In this document: piece by piece, positions 37,554 through 46,765 of the stretch
Numbering within the stretch: the first letter of the stretch is position 1
Layout: every line of letters starts with the position of its first letter
Assembly (NCBI GenBank): GCA_965205975.1
Contig: OZ242195.1
Location: 960,001-1,024,000 of the forward strand
Direction of reading: 5' to 3'
DNA from: Candidatus Latescibacterota bacterium
GTDB taxonomy: Bacteria > Latescibacterota > UBA2968
DNA: 64,000 bases
The notes under the pieces: model-generated
The model's input: only the letters and a program-made list of their open reading frames with translations
Databases searched by the model: none
Told to the model about the DNA's origin: nothing
Made by a program: the position numbers and the translations under genes

Positions 37554-40500
37554 TCTATTTCTGGCGAATTAATCTGGCTGTTATGCTCGGCGTGGCAGTG
37601 GCGACGGCTGTTCTGACGGGTGCTTTGATCGTGGGCGATTCCGTGCGGGGTAGCTTGAGAGATTTGTCGTTGAGTCGTCTGGGCAAAATTGACCACGCTC
37701 TGTTATCCGAGCGGTTTTTCCGCGAGAGTTTGGAGCGCGATCTCGAGCGTGAACTTGACGCTCAGAATGTTGTATCGGCTATCAGTCTGAGTGGAACGGC
37801 TGTTCACGCGGGATCGAATACGCGGGCTTCTCGCGTTCAAATTCAGGGTATTGATAATCGCTTTGCAAATCTGTTTGATCAAATATTGCCCGAGTTGACG
37901 ATCGAGGGAATATTTCCATCGGTTGTTGTCAATGAATCCCTCCAAAAAGAACTCAATGCACAGATTGGCGATGCCGTTCTGCTGTCTTTCGAGCAATCAG
38001 ATGATATTCACCGCGAATCGCTATTTGGACGTGCTGATGGTGCAGTTCAGACAATTCGACTGACGCTCGCAGGCGTGCTTCCGGATAGGGGAATGGGGCG
38101 CTTTGGCCTTTTTGCTCGCCAGAACGTTCCGCTCAATGCGTATCTATCGCTGCCGGTTTTGCAAAAAGCGTTGGGTCAAAGAGGTCGCGTGAATACATTG
38201 CTGGTGTCGGGTGATCCAGATGCAGATGTTCAGGAAGCTCTTTCCCGCGTTGCAACGCCGGATGATCTCGGTATCGTCATCCGCCAAGAAGCAGATTATT
38301 TCGCTGTCGAGAGCACGCAGTTTATTCTCAAATCCCATATTGCGGAAACTATTCAAAAAATATCTGCCGAATTAAACGCGCCCCACCTGTCTATTCTCAC
38401 CTATCTGGCGAATATCACACAGATCGGAGAGAGCGTATTGCCCTATTCTACAATTTCTGCTTTAGATGTTGGGAATCTGGGGACCTTTCAGGTTATAGAT
38501 GGATCACTACAACTCGGGGAAGATGGTATTTTGCTGAATACATGGGCGGCTGAGGATTTGAACGCACGGGTTGGCGATGAAGTGAGAGTTGCCTATTACG
38601 AAGTCTCGCCTGGGGAAAGACTCCTGACCCGTTGGGCGATATTTCAGCTCAAGGGTATTGTGGCAATGGCGGGATTGGGCGCAGATGAAAAGTTGTCTCC
38701 CGATTATCCGGGCCTGGGGGATGCAAATAATATGGCAGATTGGGAAGCGCCTTTTCCTATAGACTTGAGTCGTATTCGCCCGAAAGATGAAGATTATTGG
38801 GATACCTATCGCGACGCGCCAAAAGCCTTTGTGTCTGCCGCGACAGGGCAGCGATTGTGGCAAAGTCGATTTGGCGTATTAACCGCTGTACGCATTGGGG
38901 CTATTGCGGGAGAGGATATCGAAACAACAGCGAAGCGATTTGAGGATCGCTTGCTGACAAACATCGCACCCGGATCGGTTGGCCTGACATTTCAGCCCGT
39001 CAAACAGCAGGGTCTGGCCGCTTCTGAGGGAGCGACGGACTTTAGCCAGCTATTTATTGCATTCAGCCAATTCCTGATCATTTCCGCAGCTCTTCTGGTC
39101 GGATTATTATTTCGCCTGAGCGTGGAGCAGCGAGGCAGAGAAGTCGGGATGCGGATGGTGTCGGGATATACGGCAAAAAAAATTCGTCGCCTCTTTAGTC
39201 AGGAGGGCTTTGTACTGGCCGGTGTGGGCGGCATCACAGGGTTGATAGGCGGTGTTTTCTATGCCTATCTGATTATGGTGGGATTGCGTACTTATTGGGT
39301 GGGCGCGGTTGGTACGTCTGATCTCGCGCTCCACATCCATGCATCGAGTCTTTTATTGGGCTATGCCATTTCACTAATCGTGATCCTGCTGGCAATCTGG
39401 CTCACGCTCCGCCGTTTGGGCAATATTTCTGTTCGTGCATTATTATTGGGTATTACAGAAGCGGTGCGCGGAAGGCCGCGTACAAAATGGTATGCCCTGG
39501 GCAGCCTCGTTTTCGCCGCGCTCAGTCTTGGAGGGGGCGCGACGGTGGATCCATCAACGGGTACAGGCTTATTTTTTCTTAGTGGCACGCTGTGGATGGT
39601 TTCGGGATTGTGCTTTCTCTCACTCTGGTTTAGACGCGGGCATCGCGCCATAAGAGAGGGTATTATTGGCATGGGGGTGCAAAATAGCAAACGGCAGCCC
39701 GCGCGAAGTTTGTTGTGCGCCTCACTCATCGGTTGTGCGTGTTTTGTCATTGTTGCAGTAGGGGCAAATAGGCGAACTGATTTGACTCAAAATATCGCGC
39801 AGGGCAAAGCCTCTGGCACGGGTGGCTTTGCCCTCATCGCCGAAGTTGATGTGCCGATTTATCGGGATTTCAATTCAAAAGACGGGCAATTTGAACTCGG
39901 GTTCTCGCAAGCAGATACAGAACTTTTGAATCAGGCACGGTTTATTCCGATGCGCGTTTTGCCGGGTGAAGATGCGAGTTGTCTCAATCTTTACAAGCCC
40001 GAAAGCCCACGCGTTTTGGGCGTTCCCGAAGCTCTGCGTCAGCGAGGTGGTTTTACGTTTCAACAAACGAGTGTCGAAGTGGAAAATCCCTGGGCTTTAT
40101 TAGCCGAGGATCTGGGTGCGGGTGTGATTCCGGCAATTGGGGATTACAATTCGGCTATGTGGATTTTGCACAAGCAATTGGGCGATGATATTGAGGTTCA
40201 GAATGAAATAGGGGAAACTGTCAGGCTGAGATTGGTGGGCTTGTTAAAGACGAGTATTTTTCAAAGTGAATTGCTGATTTCCGAAGACAATTTTTTGCGG
40301 CACTTTCCCGATCAGAGTGGGTATGGTGCTTTTCTCGTTGAAACGCAACAACCCATTCAGCTTACTGCGCTTTTGGAAAGCCGATTAAAAGATATTGGGT
40401 TAGACGCCGTATCCACAGCGCAAAAACTCGCGCATTTTCAGGAGGTCGAAAATACGTATCTCTCCACCTTTCAGACACTGGGGGGATTGGGCCTGCTGTT

Positions 40501-40837
40501 GGGCACGCTCGGATTGGGAATCGTCCTGTTGAGAAATGTTATTGAAAGACGCGGTGAATTGGCGGTTCTTCGCGCCTTTGGATTTCGCCGCGCTGTGCTG
40601 TCGCGCATGTTGCTCGCGGAGAATGGTTTTTTAATGTTTGTGGGCCTGGCTATCGGTAGCGTCTCCGCGCTTATTGCCGTAGCACCTCATGTCATGAGCT
40701 ATGGTGCGTTAATCCCCTGGGGATCGCTGGCCCTCACGCTTGTCATTATATACGGTGCGGGTCTCATAGCAAGCGCGATAGCCGTTTTCTATGCCCTGCG
40801 AGCACCACTATTGCCTGCGTTAAAACAGGAGATGTGA
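37538..40837 (+). CDS. Large FtsX/MacB-type ABC permease with two fused permease units
   Basis: 1099 aa; two TM clusters with EQRGREVG and ERRGELAVLRAFGF motifs separated by large periplasmic domains. Confidence 0.88.
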   Translation: MRRSLIYFWRINLAVMLGVAVATAVLTGALIVGDSVRGSLRDLSLSRLGKIDHALLSERFFRESLERDLERELDAQNVVSAISLSGTAVHAGSNTRASRVQIQGIDNRFANLFDQILPELTIEGIFPSVVVNESLQKELNAQIGDAVLLSFEQSDDIHRESLFGRADGAVQTIRLTLAGVLPDRGMGRFGLFARQNVPLNAYLSLPVLQKALGQRGRVNTLLVSGDPDADVQEALSRVATPDDLGIVIRQEADYFAVESTQFILKSHIAETIQKISAELNAPHLSILTYLANITQIGESVLPYSTISALDVGNLGTFQVIDGSLQLGEDGILLNTWAAEDLNARVGDEVRVAYYEVSPGERLLTRWAIFQLKGIVAMAGLGADEKLSPDYPGLGDANNMADWEAPFPIDLSRIRPKDEDYWDTYRDAPKAFVSAATGQRLWQSRFGVLTAVRIGAIAGEDIETTAKRFEDRLLTNIAPGSVGLTFQPVKQQGLAASEGATDFSQLFIAFSQFLIISAALLVGLLFRLSVEQRGREVGMRMVSGYTAKKIRRLFSQEGFVLAGVGGITGLIGGVFYAYLIMVGLRTYWVGAVGTSDLALHIHASSLLLGYAISLIVILLAIWLTLRRLGNISVRALLLGITEAVRGRPRTKWYALGSLVFAALSLGGGATVDPSTGTGLFFLSGTLWMVSGLCFLSLWFRRGHRAIREGIIGMGVQNSKRQPARSLLCASLIGCACFVIVAVGANRRTDLTQNIAQGKASGTGGFALIAEVDVPIYRDFNSKDGQFELGFSQADTELLNQARFIPMRVLPGEDASCLNLYKPESPRVLGVPEALRQRGGFTFQQTSVEVENPWALLAEDLGAGVIPAIGDYNSAMWILHKQLGDDIEVQNEIGETVRLRLVGLLKTSIFQSELLISEDNFLRHFPDQSGYGAFLVETQQPIQLTALLESRLKDIGLDAVSTAQKLAHFQEVENTYLSTFQTLGGLGLLLGTLGLGIVLLRNVIERRGELAVLRAFGFRRAVLSRMLLAENGFLMFVGLAIGSVSALIAVAPHVMSYGALIPWGSLALTLVIIYGAGLIASAIAVFYALRAPLLPALKQEM

Positions 40838-40925
40838 ACGAATCAACGAATCAACGAATCAACGAATGGAGTTCGCACTGACTTTGGGTGGTTGGGTGGG
40901 GTTCGTCTATTCGTCTATTCGTCTA
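40837..40925. repeat. Octamer-armed intergenic element, copy 2 (core inverted relative to copy 1)
   Basis: (AACGAATC)3-AACGAA, 35 bp core at 40867-40901, (TTCGTCTA)3; lies between convergent genes and overlaps both stop codons. Confidence 0.9.
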
Positions 40926-42451
40926 TTTGCCAGTGCGAGTTCATAGCACGCCGCTTCCCGATCATTTCGCACAAGGAGATAAGGCGCGGCAAGTGTGGGA
41001 GCGTTCCACGTATGGTTGCTCAGGGCGGGAAAGCGCGCGCGTTCATTGTGTTCATCTGGCGAGGCATCAACGAGGACGACATCGCCCGATTCGGTTTGGA
41101 TGAGCAAGAGATCATCTACCAGAATGAGTTGCCCGTGGCCATAGCGCCCTCGTTTCCATTTTCGCTGTCCGTCTGCGAGATCCAAACATACGAGGACGCC
41201 ATCGTCCAGTCCGTAAATATATCCGTCTTTATAGACCATATTGGCAAATTTGGCTTTGAGACGAGGGCTTTTCCATATCCGTTCGGCAGTAAATTCATCC
41301 TGACCATTTTTCGCAATTTGAATCAATTCACCGCCAATGCCATAACCTGTTGATACAAAGATGCTGTCTCCGGGCAGTGGAATGGGTTGGGCAACGTGTT
41401 GCGTCATCCCACCAGTCCAGGGATATTCCCATAGCAACTTGCCGGAAATTGGATCGTGACCCGCGACTTGCCCCCTGTTAAAGATGAGTACTTGATCCAT
41501 TCCCGCTATGGCGGTTAAACTCGGCGAGCTATGACCCGCTCTTGCACGGCCACCTCCCCAAATAATATCACCGGTTTCGCGGTGGTATGCCATCAGCGAT
41601 TGTTCGTTTTGCCCGCCCGGACTTACGATTACCTTGTCGTCTAAAACGAGGGGTGAACCACTCATGCCCCATTCTTTAACGCGCGCATCGGTTTCTTTCA
41701 CGGTATCGCGCGACCAGATTTCTCGACCGGTTTCCAAATCGAGACAGGTGAGAATGCCGGTTGCCCCAAAAGAATAAACGCGGTTGCCCGATATGGTGGG
41801 CGTGGCTCGTGGACCAATTCCGGCAATCGCGGTTTCATATCGCGCAGGCGCGCTGTGACGCCATTTCTCTTTTCCGGTTAAGAGATCGTAACAAGCTATG
41901 GTTTCGTCTTCGCCTTGTTGCTCTTGAGTCACAGCGGAGCGTCCAACAACGGCAAAGGCGGAAAAGGCTTCACCAACGGGTACGCGCCAGAGTAATTTGG
42001 GTGGATTTTGATCCCAGTCAGATTCCAGTTTTATTCCATCGAGGATGGCGTTGCGGTGTGGTCCCAAAAATTGAGGGTAGTCTATGTCGGGGCCGTCTGA
42101 AGACTGTCCCGGCATAGATATAGATGTAACAGAAGACCAGCGCCACGCTATCTTGGGAGCCAGATCGCCCGTAAAGCCGCGAATTTGGAATAATGAAACC
42201 GCCAGGATGACCAGGAGTATAAGAATACCCAGACCCCGCAGGCGAATTGTTCGACTCGTTCGAGAAAAAGCAAAGAACCAGAGACAGAGTAAAATAGAGC
42301 CGATTGAGCAGAAGAGTATTGTCGGCATAACCTGCATCTGGCGGTTTGGCCTGTCGGGAATCCATATCGCAGATAATACAATGAGCATTAACGCACCGAT
42401 CGCGATCGCGGGCCACCATCGAATGGGTTTGGGATAAAGAGGAGCAGGCAT
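40907..42451 (-). CDS. Membrane-anchored PQQ-like beta-propeller protein
   Basis: Three N-terminal TM helices, then DYPQFLGPHRN, GPRATP and TWNAP blades. Confidence 0.85.
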   Translation of the reverse strand: MPAPLYPKPIRWWPAIAIGALMLIVLSAIWIPDRPNRQMQVMPTILFCSIGSILLCLWFFAFSRTSRTIRLRGLGILILLVILAVSLFQIRGFTGDLAPKIAWRWSSVTSISMPGQSSDGPDIDYPQFLGPHRNAILDGIKLESDWDQNPPKLLWRVPVGEAFSAFAVVGRSAVTQEQQGEDETIACYDLLTGKEKWRHSAPARYETAIAGIGPRATPTISGNRVYSFGATGILTCLDLETGREIWSRDTVKETDARVKEWGMSGSPLVLDDKVIVSPGGQNEQSLMAYHRETGDIIWGGGRARAGHSSPSLTAIAGMDQVLIFNRGQVAGHDPISGKLLWEYPWTGGMTQHVAQPIPLPGDSIFVSTGYGIGGELIQIAKNGQDEFTAERIWKSPRLKAKFANMVYKDGYIYGLDDGVLVCLDLADGQRKWKRGRYGHGQLILVDDLLLIQTESGDVVLVDASPDEHNERARFPALSNHTWNAPTLAAPYLLVRNDREAACYELALANRRIDE

Positions 42452-42523
42452 AAAATTCCTTTTTCAAGTGGTCTGTGGTTAGTTCATCGACCTTCATCCC
42501 CAACGTAAACAAAAAAGAAAGGT

Positions 42524-42552
42524 TTGACAACCCTTCATTAAACGGATATTTT
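42524..42552 (+). promoter_or_regulatory. Sigma70-type promoter for the propeller/TAXI-TRAP operon
   Basis: TTGACA (42524-42529), 17 nt spacer, TATTTT (42547-42552). Confidence 0.6.
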
Positions 42553-42597
42553 ACATTTCTGAATTGTAAAATATCACATCACAGAAAGGAGTTTGCG

Positions 42598-43911
42598 ATG
42601 AAGAAATGGCTTTGGGTTTTAATGGGTTTTTGTTTGATCCCAATTCTGGTTCAGGCAAAACACCATGCGGCGAAGGAAACACACAACTGGCCCCACTTGC
42701 GGGGACCAAACGTAAATGGACTCGTGGATACGGGCAATCCCCCCGTGGAATGGAGCGAAGAGACCAATATCCGATGGAAAGCAAAAATTCCAGGTACGGG
42801 CTACGCCACGCCTATTGTATGGGGCGATAAAATTTTTGTCCAGACGGCGGTTAAGACCGACAAAACCGTAGCAGTTGCCCAGAATGCCAGAAAGCCTTTG
42901 CCCACTCATATCTATCAATTTAAGCTGCTTGCACTGGATCGCAAAAACGGCAATGTGGTGTGGGAAAAGACCGTAAACGAGGCGCTGCCCCACGAAGGCA
43001 CTCACAAAACGGCTAATTATGCTGCCACATCGGGTGTTACAGATGGCGAACACCTGTACGCATTTTACGGTTCCTGGGGCTTGTATTGCTTTGATTTCGA
43101 CGGCAATTTGAAATGGGATAAGGATCTGGGCGATCAGAGAATTGCAGGTACTTTTGGAGAAGGCACATCGCCGACGATTCACGGCAATACGCTGATTATC
43201 AACTGGGACCATCAGGGCGATTCGTTTATTGTCGCGCTGGACAAACGCACGGGTGAGGAAATCTGGCGCACGGCGCGACGGGAAAGAACGTCGTGGAGCA
43301 CGCCCATTGTTGTGGAACACAAGGGTACGCAACAGATTATTGTGAGCGCGAGCGGAAAGACCCGAAGTTACGATCTGAAAACTGGCGATGTCTTGTGGGA
43401 ATGCGCGGGACTGGGGTCAAATGTCATTCCTACACCCATCCATGCCGATGGCATCGTCTATGTCACAAGTGGCCATAGAGACCCGGCCATGCAGGCGATT
43501 TCACTCGACAAAGCCAAAGGCGATATCACGGGTACAGATGCCGTGCTTTGGACTGTTACTGGTAACTACACCCCTTATGTTTCCTCGCCTCTTCTTTCCG
43601 GGAACAATATCTACAGCATGAGAAAAACTTCTAACATTTTGTTCTGTTTCAATGCCAAAACAGGCGAAACAGTTTTCGGCCCCGTGCGACTTCAGGGCGT
43701 GAATCCCATATACTCTCCGCTGGTTGGTACAAGCGACCGCATTTACCTCGCTGGGCTTAGCGGTAAGACATATGTGATCAAGAACGGCAGCGAATTTGAA
43801 GTGCTCGCGCAAAACCAACTTGACGAAGGCACGGGTGCATCGCCTGTTATTGTGGGCGATGAGTTGTATTTGCGCGGCAGTGAACACCTGTATTGTATTG
43901 CGGCAAATTAA
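42598..43911 (+). CDS. Exported PQQ-like beta-propeller protein
   Basis: SD AAGGAG, signal peptide, NWPHLRGPN, ALDKRTGEEIW, SWSTP, LYLRG..LYCI. Confidence 0.88.
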   Translation: MKKWLWVLMGFCLIPILVQAKHHAAKETHNWPHLRGPNVNGLVDTGNPPVEWSEETNIRWKAKIPGTGYATPIVWGDKIFVQTAVKTDKTVAVAQNARKPLPTHIYQFKLLALDRKNGNVVWEKTVNEALPHEGTHKTANYAATSGVTDGEHLYAFYGSWGLYCFDFDGNLKWDKDLGDQRIAGTFGEGTSPTIHGNTLIINWDHQGDSFIVALDKRTGEEIWRTARRERTSWSTPIVVEHKGTQQIIVSASGKTRSYDLKTGDVLWECAGLGSNVIPTPIHADGIVYVTSGHRDPAMQAISLDKAKGDITGTDAVLWTVTGNYTPYVSSPLLSGNNIYSMRKTSNILFCFNAKTGETVFGPVRLQGVNPIYSPLVGTSDRIYLAGLSGKTYVIKNGSEFEVLAQNQLDEGTGASPVIVGDELYLRGSEHLYCIAAN

Positions 43912-43923
43912 AAGAGGATAGCT

Positions 43924-44874
43924 ATGCGGCACAAAGCATTACTCATCTTTGCGGTAGCTTTGTTCATCGGGTGTGGCGCGCCTCAGGATCGGGAGGATAA
44001 ATTTCTCAGCGTGGGCACTGCGCCGCCCGGTGGGGCGTTTTTTGTCGTGGGGGGTGCGATTGCCCAGGTTGTCAACGATCACATGCCCTGGGAGGTTTCT
44101 GCCGAGGCGACCAAAGGTACGCAGGAGAATATTCGCCGCCTTTCGAGTGGAGAATTGGATTTTGCGTTGGCCAATGCCGCCATTTCCTATTTTGCCGTGC
44201 GCGGAGAAGGTGCGTGGGGAGAGAAACAGAATATCAATGCTGTTATGACATTGGCGCCGAATGTCGCGCTTTTTATTGCGCCCCAAAGCGCGGGTGTCAA
44301 TGGTCTGGGCGATCTCAAGGGCAAGCGCGTTGTCGTTGGGCCAGCAGGGGCGGGTTTTGAGTATTTCTTAAGACCCATCCTGAACGCGCACGGGGTCACT
44401 TATGACGATTTTACACCGCTTCACAATACGCAGGCGGGAACGGTTGATATGCTCGCCGACGGATCGGCTGCTGCGGCTTTTTTAGGGGGGGCAGTGCCCA
44501 CGGCCTCGATTACCCAGGCCAGCGCGTCTCAGGATATTTATTTTATTCCCTACGATGAATCGGCCAAACAAAGCCTTTTTGAGACCTATCCCTTCTTTTT
44601 TGCCGCAACCATTCCCGCCGGTACCTACCGGGGGCAAGCAGAAGATTTTGCCGGGATGAATGTCGGTTCTATGCATCTCATCACGCGGGCGAGTTTGAGT
44701 GAGGATACGGTTTACAATTTTACCAAAACGCTCTATGAACGCCGTGAGGAAGTCGTAAAAAAACACCCGGCGGGCAGGGCGATAAATCCCAAGAATATCG
44801 TTCGGGACACGGGTACGCCTTTTCATCCGGGTGCGATAAAATACTTCAAAGAAATTGGTATCTGGAACGAATAG
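43924..44874 (+). CDS. TAXI family TRAP transporter solute-binding lipoprotein
   Basis: Lipobox LFIGC; GTAPPGG, ATKGTQEN, DLKGKRV, PFHPGAIKYFKE. Confidence 0.93.
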   Translation: MRHKALLIFAVALFIGCGAPQDREDKFLSVGTAPPGGAFFVVGGAIAQVVNDHMPWEVSAEATKGTQENIRRLSSGELDFALANAAISYFAVRGEGAWGEKQNINAVMTLAPNVALFIAPQSAGVNGLGDLKGKRVVVGPAGAGFEYFLRPILNAHGVTYDDFTPLHNTQAGTVDMLADGSAAAAFLGGAVPTASITQASASQDIYFIPYDESAKQSLFETYPFFFAATIPAGTYRGQAEDFAGMNVGSMHLITRASLSEDTVYNFTKTLYERREEVVKKHPAGRAINPKNIVRDTGTPFHPGAIKYFKEIGIWNE

Positions 44875-44878
44875 ACGC

Positions 44879-46765
44879 ATGACGCGCTTCCATTCCCACC
44901 TGTTTCGCATTCTCTCCGCGCTACTCGGTCTTTTTATTCTGGTCGAAGTCAATTATCCACAACTCTCACCACAAGCCCAGCTTTCGGTTTTTGCCCTGCT
45001 GGGCTTGTGTCTTGTGTTTCTAAAATATCCGATCCATTCCAATAAATCCCTCCAGATCCTCGATTTCTTTTTTTTTCTGGCAGTTATCTTTTGTTTTGGT
45101 TATGTCCTGACCCAAACTGAATCCTTCTTTCAATTTTCCTGGCTCAATGGTCAATCCCTGGGCAATCGCGCGGGACTCGAACACGCGCTCGATCACGTTG
45201 TTGGTCTCATTGGGCTTATCCTGGTCCTCGAAGCCACCCGTCGCGCTATTGGTCTCACCCTGCCCTTGCTCGCACTCGCTTTTCTGATTTATGCAGCTTA
45301 TGGATATATCCTGCCCGACTGGCTCTTTCCCCACCGAGGATATAACTGGGAGCGCATTGTCTCCCAGACCTATCTCCACTCTCAGGGCGTTTTTGGCATC
45401 GCGTTGAAAGTGATGTTTACCTACGTTTTTCTTTTTGTACTTTTTGGCACAGTTCTCGAAGAGACTGGTGCCACGGGATATATTCTGAATACGGCTCGCC
45501 GCATTTTTCGCAATAGCACCGGAGGGCCAGCCAAAGTGGCTGTTATTTCTTCGGGTATGATGGGGTCGCTTTCGGGCAGTGCCGTGGCCAATACAGCGAC
45601 CACTGGCACGTTTACTATTCCGCTGATGCGCTCAACGGGTTTTCGTCCAACTGTGGCTGGCGGCATTGAAGCCGCAGCGAGTTCGGGCGGTGCGCTCGTT
45701 CCGCCGATTATGGGGGCGGGGGCATATATGATGCTTGAGATCGTCGAACCGGCTGTCACGTATTTGGAGATCATCAAAGCCGCTCTTATTCCGGCGATCC
45801 TCTATTACGCGGCTCTTTTGCTGATTGTCCATTTTCACGCCAAACGCATTGGTGCGTCTGCAGGCGATGGAGATGTTCAGGAACGTCCTCCCAGACCCCG
45901 GGGTCTGGTATTTCTCGTCGCTTTTATCACACTTATTGTATTTCTCATTTTGGGATACACGCCTTTTCGCGCCGTGAGTATCGCCCTGCTCTTTGTTCTC
46001 ATTGTCGGTGCGTTCAGCCCCACAACGCGCGTTGGTCCCCGCGCTATGATCCGCTCATTGGAAAAGGCCGCACACGGCGGTGTTTCGCTGATTGCAGCGG
46101 CTTCATGCGTGGGTATTATTATCGGTGTTGTGACGCTTACGGGTATTGGCACAAAACTTCCGAGCACTTTGTTGCCACTGGCGCAGAATAATATCATTCT
46201 GGCACTAATTCTCCTGATGATCTCCACCATTATTCTGGGCATGGGATTGCCTTCTGCTGTGTGTTATCTGCTTATGGCGACTCTGGTGGGACCTGTTCTG
46301 AGCGATCTCGGTATTGTGCCACTGAGCGCGCATCTGTTTATTTTTTATTTTGGCATGATGTCTATGGTTACGCCTCCCGTCGCGTTGGCTGCTTATACGG
46401 CTGCTGCTATTGCAAAGGCGAGTATTATGCAAACTGGCGTTACTGCTTTCCGCTTTGCCCTTGTGGGCTTTGCTTTGCCTTATGCCTTTGTTCTGCATCC
46501 AGAAATTTTGCTCTTGTCCTCTGATATTTTCGCTATAATCGCCAATATCCTCGTTGTCCTGCTCGGTATTTTACCTCTATCAGCCGCTGCGGCCGGGCAT
46601 GCTTTTGCCCCTTTGCCCACTTATCAGCGGATCCTTTTACTCGCCGCAGCCCTTCTCTTGTTCCTCACGCCATCGGGGGATGCCCGCCTTTATTTACAGG
46701 GTATCGCACTGCTCATTGCCGGTGTCATCGCGACCTCAAACTATCGGTCTGCTCATCAGGCCTGA
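44879..46765 (+). CDS. TRAP transporter fused permease (DctQM, TAXI type)
   Basis: GGPAKVAV, SGSAVAN, EAAASSGGALVPPIMGAGA, LGMGLP, VTPPVALAA. Confidence 0.93.
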   Translation: MTRFHSHLFRILSALLGLFILVEVNYPQLSPQAQLSVFALLGLCLVFLKYPIHSNKSLQILDFFFFLAVIFCFGYVLTQTESFFQFSWLNGQSLGNRAGLEHALDHVVGLIGLILVLEATRRAIGLTLPLLALAFLIYAAYGYILPDWLFPHRGYNWERIVSQTYLHSQGVFGIALKVMFTYVFLFVLFGTVLEETGATGYILNTARRIFRNSTGGPAKVAVISSGMMGSLSGSAVANTATTGTFTIPLMRSTGFRPTVAGGIEAAASSGGALVPPIMGAGAYMMLEIVEPAVTYLEIIKAALIPAILYYAALLLIVHFHAKRIGASAGDGDVQERPPRPRGLVFLVAFITLIVFLILGYTPFRAVSIALLFVLIVGAFSPTTRVGPRAMIRSLEKAAHGGVSLIAAASCVGIIIGVVTLTGIGTKLPSTLLPLAQNNIILALILLMISTIILGMGLPSAVCYLLMATLVGPVLSDLGIVPLSAHLFIFYFGMMSMVTPPVALAAYTAAAIAKASIMQTGVTAFRFALVGFALPYAFVLHPEILLLSSDIFAIIANILVVLLGILPLSAAAAGHAFAPLPTYQRILLLAAALLLFLTPSGDARLYLQGIALLIAGVIATSNYRSAHQA

